Source: a virus
DNA length: 64,000 bases
Strand: one strand, 5' to 3'
IMG/VR virus record: IMGVR_UViG_3300049060_000085
Location: 10,771-74,770 of that record
Shown here: positions 8,071-16,260 of the stretch, piece by piece
Position numbering within the stretch: position 1 is the first letter of the stretch
How the letters are laid out: every line of letters begins with the position of its first letter
Notes under the pieces: generated by a model
What the model was told of the DNA's origin: nothing
What the model saw: only the letters and a program-made list of their open reading frames with translations
Databases searched by the model: none
Translations under genes and position numbers: made by a program

Positions 8071-8276
8071 GCAAGCGTTACATCGAGTGCCGCGAGTCTG
8101 ACATTCCTGCAGGCGTTCGCTTCGACGTGCCCCGCAGACATCAGGGGCAGATCGTAGAGGTTGCCTTCGGTGGTTTCGATCGTGCCGAACACGACCACGG
8201 CGACCCCTACAAGCGCATAACCGACCGTTCCGACCGTTCCGTAAACTACTACAAGCTCACCGAGGCCAAGCCATGA
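8067..8276 (+). CDS. early hypothetical protein
   Basis: ATGA coupling at both ends. Confidence 0.7.
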   Translation: MSKRYIECRESDIPAGVRFDVPRRHQGQIVEVAFGGFDRAEHDHGDPYKRITDRSDRSVNYYKLTEAKP

Positions 8277-8470
8277 ACAGAGCACACAACGAGATGCATG
8301 GATCTCGCGTTATCATGATTCTGGTCAACGAAATCGGCGACGCCCTGAAGCGGAGCGCGGTCCGAGTCTCAGCTGACCCAGACATGTCTCGCGTTTCGAC
8401 GCCTACGCGCGTGCTGCTAGAAGCGGCATTCTCAATCATCCTGAAGAGGGAAGCGCGAGGCTACGTATGA
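8273..8470 (+). CDS. early hypothetical protein
   Basis: ATGA coupling. Confidence 0.6.
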   Translation: MNRAHNEMHGSRVIMILVNEIGDALKRSAVRVSADPDMSRVSTPTRVLLEAAFSIILKREARGYV

Positions 8471-8712
8471 CCGACAAGCTCCACACGTTTACGCTAAAGC
8501 TCGCGCCCGCTCGCGGCCTCGGGTTCACGGATGACGAACTTCTCGCAATCGCGGAAAGCATCGACGTCACCACGGGGGACGCTTGTTACACCCTGGTCGA
8601 GTGTCACCGCTTCGTGCGTGGAGTCTCCGACCTCTACGGCGATGCGCGCGCCCGGGAACTGTGCGAGCTACTCGACACCAACTTCCCCGATTACATTGCT
8701 TTCAGCGGGTGA
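8467..8712 (+). CDS. early hypothetical protein
   Basis: ATGA coupling. Confidence 0.65.
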   Translation: MTDKLHTFTLKLAPARGLGFTDDELLAIAESIDVTTGDACYTLVECHRFVRGVSDLYGDARARELCELLDTNFPDYIAFSG

Positions 8713-8715
8713 ATC

Positions 8716-9051
8716 GTGGGCTCCCAACGCTTGCAGATAGAAGTAGAGGAGACCCAGCCGCCGCACAACGGCCCGACCGTTCGCACGTTGTGGTTCCACA
8801 CATTCGTATCCGAGGCGCGGCGAGCCTCTCGCTTTGACTGCGACTCTTGCCCAAGCCAAGCGCAGATGTTCAAGGACTTCGAGCTTTTTGCCAAACGCAT
8901 CGGAATCGTCCGCATGTCAGACGAAGCCGTGCGACGTGAAGCGCAGCGACTCTACAGGGATCGCTCTATTCGCCTAACCTCGGACCAACGCGCTACATGC
9001 ATTCTGCTCTGCCTGTGCGCGACGATGTTCGCTGTCTTCTTTTTCCTCTAG
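8716..9051 (+). CDS. hypothetical protein with C-terminal TM segment
   Basis: ends CILLCLCATMFAVFFFL. Confidence 0.6.
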   Translation: MGSQRLQIEVEETQPPHNGPTVRTLWFHTFVSEARRASRFDCDSCPSQAQMFKDFELFAKRIGIVRMSDEAVRREAQRLYRDRSIRLTSDQRATCILLCLCATMFAVFFFL

Positions 9052-9064
9052 CCCAAGGATTGCC

Positions 9065-9394
9065 ATGAAAAACCGTATCAATCGACAAGCCGCCATCGCA
9101 CTCGGCACGCAAGATGGCATCGAAGCCGCAGCACTACAACGCAGCCGCGAACAACCGCGCGCGCGAGCTGCTCAAGGAGCACGGGTCGTGACCTACGTCG
9201 AACTGACTGACATCACACCAAACCGTGCCACGATATGCAAAGTCGTCGAGTCGGAAGAGTGGCCCACCCACCGCGACCGCTCCACACGCGTCGCACTGTG
9301 GACTGGCGACAAGCCGCCCACAAAGCGCGAACGGTGCTGGCATCGCGGCGCTGACTTTCGCACGGACACCTCACCTACCGCATGGAGCTTATGA
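9065..9394 (+). CDS. early hypothetical protein
   Basis: AAGGA SD. Confidence 0.65.
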   Translation: MKNRINRQAAIALGTQDGIEAAALQRSREQPRARAAQGARVVTYVELTDITPNRATICKVVESEEWPTHRDRSTRVALWTGDKPPTKRERCWHRGADFRTDTSPTAWSL

Positions 9395-9561
9395 CCCACG
9401 CATGCCAAACAGGCGCCTGCGACTGTGCCGAGACATGCCCAGATGTTGCTGAGCTTGGCAAGCCTCACACTGAGCAAACCGTGCTCCGCATCCTAGGCTT
9501 CACCGATTGCCTGAAGTGCGAAGCCTGCGACCACTGCGAACCCATGGAGTGCGACCCGTGA
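9391..9561 (+). CDS. 56-aa Cys-rich protein
   Basis: ATGA coupling; 9 Cys (CQTGACDCAETC..CLKCEACDHC..C). Confidence 0.5.
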   Translation: MTHACQTGACDCAETCPDVAELGKPHTEQTVLRILGFTDCLKCEACDHCEPMECDP

Positions 9562-9755
9562 CCGTAGCCAAAAAGCCTATCCCGCTTACCGAATGGTTTC
9601 TTTACGATGACGACTTCGGCGTCTACGTAGGAAACCGAGACGACACGCTCTCTGCGCACGTTGTTCGCGATTCGCTCGTTGTCGACTATGACGAGTCCCA
9701 CCCGCCCAACTGCATCCGCATCCCGCTGCAAGCGCTTCGCGCGCTCGGAATCTAA
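9558..9755 (+). CDS. early hypothetical protein
   Basis: GTGA coupling. Confidence 0.6.
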   Translation: MTVAKKPIPLTEWFLYDDDFGVYVGNRDDTLSAHVVRDSLVVDYDESHPPNCIRIPLQALRALGI

Positions 9756-9788
9756 CCACCCACCCATTACCCAAAGGCATCCTGCGAC

Positions 9789-10076
9789 ATGTCTAACCCC
9801 TTCTCTGAACTCCGAACCATCCTCATCAACCAAAACAAACCCGCTGCCATCGCAACACGCCTCGCGTATTGCGTGCTCGCTGCGAAGGACCACAGGCAAG
9901 CACAGAGCCTGCTCGAGGTGCTCGATTGGTCTGGCGGCTTCATGTGCACCGCCTACCAAGACGCATTCAAGAGTGGCCCGTTCCGGAGCAACAAAGCCTG
10001 GCACCACACCTACGATCGCCTGCGCGAGCATGCCATCAGTTATCTGGACACGCGCCATCACCGCGCCTACGCCTGA
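9789..10076 (+). CDS. early hypothetical protein
   Basis: 95-aa ORF after A/C-rich leader. Confidence 0.7.
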   Translation: MSNPFSELRTILINQNKPAAIATRLAYCVLAAKDHRQAQSLLEVLDWSGGFMCTAYQDAFKSGPFRSNKAWHHTYDRLREHAISYLDTRHHRAYA

Positions 10077-10094
10077 CACGAGAGGGCCAAAGCC

Positions 10095-10274
10095 ATGACC
10101 CAAGACGACGCCAAAAAGCTCCTGCGGCTGGCTCGCACCTACGCCGCAAACGAGGCGCAAGCTGCCGAGCACTACGCGGCCAACCAAGATAAACAAGCAG
10201 ACCGCTATGGCAAGAAAGCCGAAGCTTTGTGGAAAGAGCTGGAGGCCTTTGTTGCCACCCTCACAAAAAGTTGA
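10095..10274 (+). CDS. 59-aa helical protein
   Basis: MTQDDAKKLLRLART..; GAGGG SD. Confidence 0.6.
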   Translation: MTQDDAKKLLRLARTYAANEAQAAEHYAANQDKQADRYGKKAEALWKELEAFVATLTKS

Positions 10275-10313
10275 ACTACCCAACAACCGCTAGAGATTAG
10301 AGAACCGCACCGA

Positions 10314-10682
10314 ATGACCACCAAGACCGCAAACAAGAACCTCACCAGCTTTATCAAGTCGCTCGACCCCAAACTCACCGCGGCCCAGATGTGCGCCAGG
10401 GCCAAAGCCGCGGGCTACAAGCCCGAGCGCGGCAGCAAGAAGCCACTGGCCGAGTGGCTGAGTTCCCGCGTCAGCTCAATCCGCTACACGCTCGGCATCA
10501 AGAGCGGCCAGCCCGCTGCGCCAGCGCCCGCTAGCGCAGCGCTTACACCTGAGCGGGTGCGAGCGGTCAAGTCGTTCGCCTTGAGCCCGGCAGGCGGCGA
10601 GGAGGCGTTCAGGCAGACTGTCCGCCGCATCGGCACGGACCGGGCACGCGTGCTGCTCGACCAGATAGAAGGCGAGCCGTGA
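10314..10682 (+). CDS. basic, possibly DNA-binding protein
   Basis: Lys/Ala-rich N-domain, Pro/Ala linker, C-terminal EAFRQTVRRIGTDRARVLLDQIE. Confidence 0.7.
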   Translation: MTTKTANKNLTSFIKSLDPKLTAAQMCARAKAAGYKPERGSKKPLAEWLSSRVSSIRYTLGIKSGQPAAPAPASAALTPERVRAVKSFALSPAGGEEAFRQTVRRIGTDRARVLLDQIEGEP

Positions 10683-10840
10683 ACCCCGTAGACGCGGGCG
10701 CCGTGGTCCTGGCTGCCGTGGTCGTCTTCCTGGTCGGCCGTGACGGCATGCGCTACGGCTTCCGAAACCTCCCCATGGCGCAGCTTGTGTACTTTTGGTT
10801 CAGCGTGTTCCTGATCGCCCTGACCGCTGGAGGATTTTGA
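10679..10840 (+). CDS. 53-aa two-TM membrane protein
   Basis: GTGA coupling; two hydrophobic stretches. Confidence 0.5.
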   Translation: MNPVDAGAVVLAAVVVFLVGRDGMRYGFRNLPMAQLVYFWFSVFLIALTAGGF

Positions 10841-10841
10841 C

Positions 10842-11030
10842 ATGAGCTACGCCAAGGTGCTGCTGATCAACAAGCTCGAGGACTTCGCGCGCAACCACCG
10901 CTTCGAGACCAAAGCCGGTCTCGTGCTGATGAGCTTTCTCAACGGCGACTGCGAACACGAGAGCAACCCGTGCGAGCTGTGCGGTTACGACGAGGACGAC
11001 GAAGATTTCGACGAAAGCGAAGAGCCATGA
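10842..11030 (+). CDS. small protein with acidic tail
   Basis: GGAGG SD; CELC then DEDDEDFDESEEP. Confidence 0.6.
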   Translation: MSYAKVLLINKLEDFARNHRFETKAGLVLMSFLNGDCEHESNPCELCGYDEDDEDFDESEEP

Positions 11031-11212
11031 ACGAACACCCGTTCGGAGACTTCGAAGACGACGCGATAACCGAGGTGATCCCGTACGTCGACGACCTCAT
11101 GCGCGCGAAGCACGCGGCCCAAGTGGCTGGCCACTGGCCGCTTAGCCTGTGCCAACGCTGCGGCGGAACCGAAGCCGAACACAGCGTCAACCGTCACCAC
11201 TGTTTCGAATGA
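11027..11212 (+). CDS. small zinc-finger-like protein
   Basis: CQRCG..H..HHC; ATGA coupling. Confidence 0.6.
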   Translation: MNEHPFGDFEDDAITEVIPYVDDLMRAKHAAQVAGHWPLSLCQRCGGTEAEHSVNRHHCFE

Positions 11213-11643
11213 CACCCAACCAAGTCACCGAAAACCCTGGCAAGTCACGAGCCGCGTTCATTCGCGCGCTCGTGGCTGCTGGTGTCAGCAACAACAAGCT
11301 GATTCGTCAGTATTGCCTCGAAGCCAACTTCAAGGAACCTGGCTCGGAAGCCATCAAACGCGCGCGAGAGTACGTGCCCAAAGGGCAGTCTCCACGCCGA
11401 CCAACCTATCGCGGCTGCTGCGAGGAGATTCTCAGCGCTTACGAACGCGCGCTCGCCAAGGGTCAGCCGATCGTCATCACCGAAGGCATGAAGCAAGCGC
11501 TGGTCGTGATGCAGCACTGTCTTTCGATCGACACGCGGGTCGAAAAGCGCAAGGTCTACCGCCGAAAACAGAAGCGCAGGAAGCTGCGTGAACGCAAGCT
11601 GCTGAAGCAACAACCCAAACCCCAACCCACCGAGACCCCATGA
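11209..11643 (+). CDS. basic hypothetical protein
   Basis: ATGA coupling; Lys/Arg-rich C-terminus. Confidence 0.7.
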   Translation: MTPNQVTENPGKSRAAFIRALVAAGVSNNKLIRQYCLEANFKEPGSEAIKRAREYVPKGQSPRRPTYRGCCEEILSAYERALAKGQPIVITEGMKQALVVMQHCLSIDTRVEKRKVYRRKQKRRKLRERKLLKQQPKPQPTETP

Positions 11644-11816
11644 TCAAAGAACTGGTCGAACGCGTGCAGTCGGCCTTTGCCGCCGGCCAAGAAGACGAGC
11701 GCATGCACGTCGTGCAGCACCTCCGCCGCATGTCCGCCGAAACCAGCGTGCCGGCAGTAGCGCTCGAGTGGCGCATTGCAGCTGACACCATCGAGAAAGG
11801 TGAACACCGGAAATGA
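11640..11816 (+). CDS. 58-aa hypothetical protein
   Basis: ATGA coupling at both ends. Confidence 0.55.
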   Translation: MIKELVERVQSAFAAGQEDERMHVVQHLRRMSAETSVPAVALEWRIAADTIEKGEHRK

Positions 11817-12190
11817 ACATCCTAGCCATCGTATTCGCGCTCTTGTTCCTTCTTTGCTGTGGAGGCGGCTGCAGCACGGCGCACGCGCAAGCCTGCTACG
11901 ACAACGCGCCGAACATCCGCCAACATTACACCGAAGCCTACGGCTGCGAGTGGATCTCTGACTACTGGGCCGACTGCGGCTACATCACCGCGGGCACCAA
12001 CGAACCGTGGCGCACCTACCTCTATCTGCTGAACCCAACCACCAGCCCGGACGGGACAGTCAGCCGCTGGATCGTGCAATGGCAAAACTGCCTTGAACCC
12101 GAGCTGCAGAACTGCGGAGCGCGCATCCCGCGCGTGGTCGCATGCGCCTGTGACGAGTGCAACGTCTGCTACTACGAAGGCGAGCCGTGA
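11813..12190 (+). CDS. exported Cys-rich protein (signal peptide or lipoprotein)
   Basis: MNILAIVFALLFLLCCGGGC.., 8 further Cys. Confidence 0.7.
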   Translation: MNILAIVFALLFLLCCGGGCSTAHAQACYDNAPNIRQHYTEAYGCEWISDYWADCGYITAGTNEPWRTYLYLLNPTTSPDGTVSRWIVQWQNCLEPELQNCGARIPRVVACACDECNVCYYEGEP

Positions 12191-12441
12191 CCGACGATTG
12201 CAAGGCCTGCAACGCCATCTACGACGTGCGCGAAGGGGGCGAGCCCACCGGCTACTGCGACCCTTGCGCGCAAGATCGCGTCGACGAACTGGAATCGCGC
12301 GAGCCGCTCGTGCAGGAGGTCATCGCGGCCGTTCAGGCGATCACGGGCGATGAAGGCACCTGGAAGACGCAGGAAGCCTGGTATCAGCAACTACTGAAAC
12401 TCAAAGACGCGGCCCGCAAGCTCGCGGAGTGGAAACCGTGA
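12187..12441 (+). CDS. Zn-finger + REPL..W(E)..KP module protein (paralog family)
   Basis: CKAC..CDPC; ESREPLVQ..KLAEWKP. Confidence 0.75.
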   Translation: MTDDCKACNAIYDVREGGEPTGYCDPCAQDRVDELESREPLVQEVIAAVQAITGDEGTWKTQEAWYQQLLKLKDAARKLAEWKP

Positions 12442-12644
12442 ACAAAGGCTATCCATGGCGCGGCGTCGTCCTCATCAACCGATTTGACTACGTGGTCAAA
12501 CGGAAGATTCCCGCGCGAAGCAGTCGCATGGGCTACGAGTGCCAGTTCTGCGGAAGCGTCTTCACTCGAAAGCACGTGCGCTGGGTGGGCGACGGCTGGT
12601 CGTGCCGTGACAGCTGTGAACGCAAACGAAAGGGACTACCGTGA
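12438..12644 (+). CDS. small Cys-containing protein
   Basis: CQFC..CRDSC. Confidence 0.6.
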   Translation: MNKGYPWRGVVLINRFDYVVKRKIPARSSRMGYECQFCGSVFTRKHVRWVGDGWSCRDSCERKRKGLP

Positions 12645-12811
12645 ACCTAACGCTCTTTGTGATCGCAATAGGCCAAACACTGTTCTTTGCTTGGGCCGTC
12701 ATGGATCGACCCAATCACTGGTGGTTGATCATCGGCTTTGTGGTTCTGAACATCCTCCGCTCGACTCTGGAAGAGGAGAAGATCAAAGCGATAGTTCGGA
12801 GGGTCCGGTGA
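12641..12811 (+). CDS. 56-aa two-TM membrane protein
   Basis: GTGA coupling; hydrophobic. Confidence 0.5.
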   Translation: MNLTLFVIAIGQTLFFAWAVMDRPNHWWLIIGFVVLNILRSTLEEEKIKAIVRRVR

Positions 12812-12963
12812 CCAAGACCAAAAAACCACCTGTGATGGTGATTTGCTTCGACTGCAAGGCATCCATCACAAAGAAGGACGCGTGTCAGTGGACTGACCCG
12901 AGCGTAGGCCGCGTCCTTTTGTGCCAAGAGTGCAGCCGTAAGCTGCTGCGGTGGGCTCGGTGA
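12808..12963 (+). CDS. zinc-finger protein
   Basis: CFDC..CQEC. Confidence 0.55.
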   Translation: MTKTKKPPVMVICFDCKASITKKDACQWTDPSVGRVLLCQECSRKLLRWAR

Positions 12964-13160
12964 ACCGCCTTCAATCGATTGCGTTTTTCCACTGGAAGCA
13001 CAGCCGCGACCCAGAACAATGCCCAGACGCAGAATGCTCGCTCTGCTCGGTCATCCTCTGCCCAGTTGGTGAGCCGCTTCACCTTCACCACGACGGCTGC
13101 CCAGAACCAACGTGCAAAGGCTCCCTTGCCTGGAAGCAACTCGGAAAGATTGGCGACTGA
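12960..13160 (+). CDS. Cys/His-rich protein
   Basis: HWKH..C..C..C..LCP..HLHHDGCP. Confidence 0.6.
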   Translation: MNRLQSIAFFHWKHSRDPEQCPDAECSLCSVILCPVGEPLHLHHDGCPEPTCKGSLAWKQLGKIGD

Positions 13161-13162
13161 AT

Positions 13163-13516
13163 ATGGACACCAATGACATCACCGCATGCTGGCCCGCCAA
13201 GTGGCGTGACGACTTCGAATACGAGAACAGCCTACTCGCCGACGAGGGGGAAGAGCTGCTCACGCCCGACGAGTTTCTGCAGTGCCGCTACGACGATTGG
13301 CTCGAAGCAACCGACACGTTGCTCATCGCGCGAGCGCAGCGACACCACGAGGTCTTCGAGGACATGATGCGCCGTGCGTTCCAGCAAGGTCTGTGGACCA
13401 TGGAGAACGGCGACGAAGCAATCGGCACGGACCTCGAAGGCTGGCGAAAGCAATGTGTGGACGCAGCGCGCTCGATCGCCGACCTCGCCTACCCCAAACC
13501 GGACGTGAAGCCATGA
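13163..13516 (+). CDS. acidic hypothetical protein
   Basis: 117 aa. Confidence 0.7.
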   Translation: MDTNDITACWPAKWRDDFEYENSLLADEGEELLTPDEFLQCRYDDWLEATDTLLIARAQRHHEVFEDMMRRAFQQGLWTMENGDEAIGTDLEGWRKQCVDAARSIADLAYPKPDVKP

Positions 13517-13710
13517 CAACCCCGCACGAACGCAAGGAGTACCTCGGAGACGGCGCCTACGTGCGCTGGGACGCAGGCACCCAGCACATTGTGCTGACCG
13601 CTGAAAACGGCGTCGTCGCGACCGACATCATCTACCTCGAACCCGAGGTGATCGCCGCGCTCGTGCAATACCTCAAAGCGCAGTTTCCCGACGCCACCTT
13701 TTGGAGATGA
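13513..13710 (+). CDS. conserved phage hypothetical protein
   Basis: KEYLGDGAY..IVLTAENG..IYLEPEV pattern that I recall from many phage early genes. Confidence 0.75.
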   Translation: MTTPHERKEYLGDGAYVRWDAGTQHIVLTAENGVVATDIIYLEPEVIAALVQYLKAQFPDATFWR

Positions 13711-13747
13711 CCACCATGCATGACCTAACCAAGGCGAAAGAAACACC

Positions 13748-14155
13748 ATGAGCGATTCAGGGTTCATTGGAATCGTCAAGGTGTTCGAGCAGTACTGTGT
13801 GAACATCTCGCTGTGCGTGCAGCGCATCGAGAAAACCCTCACAGACGTCCTCGAAGCAGTGCGCGCGCTGAAGCCTGCGCCGAGCGGCTATGCGGAAGGC
13901 TACTGGGAAAAGGTGGCGACGCATCAGCAGGACGTGGCAAACGCTGCGACGGCCGATGTCGAGCGGCTGCTCGCTGAGTTGCGAGGTGCCGGCGACGAGA
14001 TCAAGCGCATGGGTGCCGAGAACGAGAGCCTGCGGGTGAAGGTCGTCGACGCGATGCAGCCGGAAGTGTTCGAGCGGGGATGCGCCGCGTGTGGCAAAAC
14101 CTGGCTCATGGGAGGCACGGCGCACTTCTGCCCGCTGTGTGGAGCCAAGCGATGA
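13748..14155 (+). CDS. coiled-coil + C-terminal zinc ribbon protein (Ead/Ea22-like architecture)
   Basis: VERLLAELR heptads; CAAC..CPLCGAK. Confidence 0.7.
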   Translation: MSDSGFIGIVKVFEQYCVNISLCVQRIEKTLTDVLEAVRALKPAPSGYAEGYWEKVATHQQDVANAATADVERLLAELRGAGDEIKRMGAENESLRVKVVDAMQPEVFERGCAACGKTWLMGGTAHFCPLCGAKR

Positions 14156-14418
14156 CGTTGAAAGCCTTTATGACCGTCGACGAGGCCATGGCCGGACGCT
14201 GGGCCGGCCTCGCAGCCGAGAAGGCAGCGCTCGCGCTACAGGGCGAGGTGAGACGCCTGCGCGCTGAGATCGAGTGGCGCAAGATGCGCGATGATCTCGT
14301 CGAAACGCTGCTCACCACCTACCGTTGCCTGTACGACCCCACCGAAGAAGACCAGAAGAAGATCGCCGAGGCCACGGCCGCCATCTTCGATTTCGAAGTC
14401 ACCCACCCCAAACCGTAG
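14152..14418 (+). CDS. coiled-coil + ..HPKP module protein (paralog family)
   Basis: EWRKMRDDLV..FDFEVTHPKP. Confidence 0.7.
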   Translation: MTLKAFMTVDEAMAGRWAGLAAEKAALALQGEVRRLRAEIEWRKMRDDLVETLLTTYRCLYDPTEEDQKKIAEATAAIFDFEVTHPKP

Positions 14419-14427
14419 CCGGGACCC

Positions 14428-14694
14428 ATGACAACCAAACTTCAAAAACTTTGGAAGACGTATTCTTCGCAAGAACTGTTCGGCGAATCTCTGCGCGAAG
14501 AAGACCCCGAACTGTTCGATGAGCTCGACGCGGCAATCACCGAGGCCGCCGAGCGCGAGCCGCTTGTGCAGGGTCTCATCGACTTCCATAGAGAGATCAT
14601 GCGTTCCGCGCGCTCGTGGACCACCGAAGAGAAAGCGCAAGGCGGACAGCGCATGGCAGAACTCGTAACCAAGCTCGCGGAGTGGAAGCCGTGA
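14428..14694 (+). CDS. REPL..KLAEWKP module protein (paralog family)
   Basis: AEREPLVQ..KLAEWKP. Confidence 0.75.
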   Translation: MTTKLQKLWKTYSSQELFGESLREEDPELFDELDAAITEAAEREPLVQGLIDFHREIMRSARSWTTEEKAQGGQRMAELVTKLAEWKP

Positions 14695-15197
14695 ACAGCC
14701 TCCGTGGCTTCTTCGGAGTTGGACTGTGCATGCCGCGCGACCCGGCCAATGTCGGGTGCGCGCTCAGGGCGTGCGGCTGCTTCGGCGCATCGTTCTGCGT
14801 CTACAGCGGCATGCGCTACAAGAAGCACGCGGCGGACACACAGCGCGCCGACCGGCACATGCCGCTGTTCCATGCGGGCGACGCGCCCGAGGACATCCTG
14901 CTGCATCTGCCGTACAACTGCGTGCCCGTCGCGGTCGAGCTGCTCGACGACGCAATCCCGCTGAGCGGCTACACGCACCCGGAGCGCGCGTTCTACGTCT
15001 TCGGCCCGGAGGATGGCGACATTCCGCCCGCGGTCGTCGCGAAGTGCGACCACAAGATCGTCATCCCTTCGATGTTCTGCTTGAACCTCGCTGCAGCCGT
15101 GAACATCGTGCTGTACGATCGCGCCGCGAAGCGAACGCCCAACCGCACGCTATTCCGAGGCGGACTCGAAGTCGTCAACAACAAGCAAACCGGATAA
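14691..15197 (+). CDS. SpoU/TrmH-family (SPOUT) RNA 2'-O-methyltransferase
   Basis: motif1 PRDPANVGCALRACGCFG, motif2 YVFGPEDGDI, motif3 IPSMFCLNLAAAVNIVLYDR. Confidence 0.9.
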   Translation: MNSLRGFFGVGLCMPRDPANVGCALRACGCFGASFCVYSGMRYKKHAADTQRADRHMPLFHAGDAPEDILLHLPYNCVPVAVELLDDAIPLSGYTHPERAFYVFGPEDGDIPPAVVAKCDHKIVIPSMFCLNLAAAVNIVLYDRAAKRTPNRTLFRGGLEVVNNKQTG

Positions 15198-15202
15198 ACC
15201 CC

Positions 15203-15415
15203 ATGACCGAACTAACCAATGTGAATTCACCATTCAACGTTGCCCTGCGTATACAGATGGAAGCCGAGGCGGAGGCGCTCCGCGTGCAGCGCTGGTGGGA
15301 CACCTTCAACGCGGCGTTGCCTCGCGCGCATAGTGGATACCCTCCGCACGAGGCTTGCAACTATGCCGCGCAGCATGCGGACATCATGCACGGCGAGATC
15401 GAGAAAGGAGCGTAG
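15203..15415 (+). CDS. hypothetical protein
   Basis: RWWDTFNAAL..AAQHAD. Confidence 0.6.
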   Translation: MTELTNVNSPFNVALRIQMEAEAEALRVQRWWDTFNAALPRAHSGYPPHEACNYAAQHADIMHGEIEKGA

Positions 15416-15417
15416 CC

Positions 15418-15819
15418 ATGGACGAAGATATGCAACGCAGGTTGAGCTCGTTCACGCGCTGGTGGAAGCTCACGCGCCATCGCATCGGCGTAGCGCTCGA
15501 AGACACGTGCACCGAGCTGAAGACGACACCGCGCACAACAGCATCAACGCGCAGCCGCAAGGCGTTCGACGAGGCGGACGTCATTCGCAAGGGTGTCGAG
15601 TCGCCAGCCTACGAAGGCGTCAGCGCGGAAGCGCTTTGGAAAGCGTGGGCGAGCGGCGAAAAGAACGTGTCGATCTACTCGGGCAAAGGCAGTAAGCCCA
15701 CGGCCAAGGAGCTCGTGGCCCACCTACGCGACCCGAACGTGGTGCCTGGGCCGCACTCCGCCGAGGACATCGCTGGCATGGCCGTGGTCATCCACGAGAA
15801 CGATGTGTACAAGCCATGA
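15418..15819 (+). CDS. hypothetical protein
   Basis: AAGGAG SD. Confidence 0.7.
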   Translation: MDEDMQRRLSSFTRWWKLTRHRIGVALEDTCTELKTTPRTTASTRSRKAFDEADVIRKGVESPAYEGVSAEALWKAWASGEKNVSIYSGKGSKPTAKELVAHLRDPNVVPGPHSAEDIAGMAVVIHENDVYKP

Positions 15820-16022
15820 TCGACGACTCAGACGCAGACTTCTTCGGAATCGCCGGCATCGCTACTTCGGGCTGGGTCAGCGTAGTCCTGTGCCTCATCG
15901 CGCTCGGGCTCTACTTCGTCGCCTGTCAGAACAAGGACGAATGCGCCCAAGCGCACTGCGACGTCGGCAAGCCCGTGCTTGCCCATCACCAATGCATCTG
16001 CGAAACGCCAGCGAGGAAATGA
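15816..16022 (+). CDS. small membrane-anchored Cys-rich protein
   Basis: TM then C..ECAQAHC..CIC. Confidence 0.65.
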   Translation: MIDDSDADFFGIAGIATSGWVSVVLCLIALGLYFVACQNKDECAQAHCDVGKPVLAHHQCICETPARK

Positions 16023-16023
16023 C

Positions 16024-16260
16024 ATGGACAAACCAAAGGTAACGATCGTCGTGGAGACAGACCCGGACGACGAATCGGGATTCGCCTGCGTGACCGTTTT
16101 GGTAAACGGAAAGAGAATCGCCTCGGGCCGCGCTGGTGGCGGCGAGCCCGAGGACAACACCTACCACCGAGACTATTCGTGGATCGACGACGGCTTCGCC
16201 TCGCTCGCGCGAGCTCTAGGTGCCGAGGTCAGCATCGAGCACAGCAAGGAAGAGCGTTAG
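16024..16260 (+). CDS. conserved phage hypothetical protein
   Basis: GGEPEDN..RDYSWI motif. Confidence 0.7.
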   Translation: MDKPKVTIVVETDPDDESGFACVTVLVNGKRIASGRAGGGEPEDNTYHRDYSWIDDGFASLARALGAEVSIEHSKEER

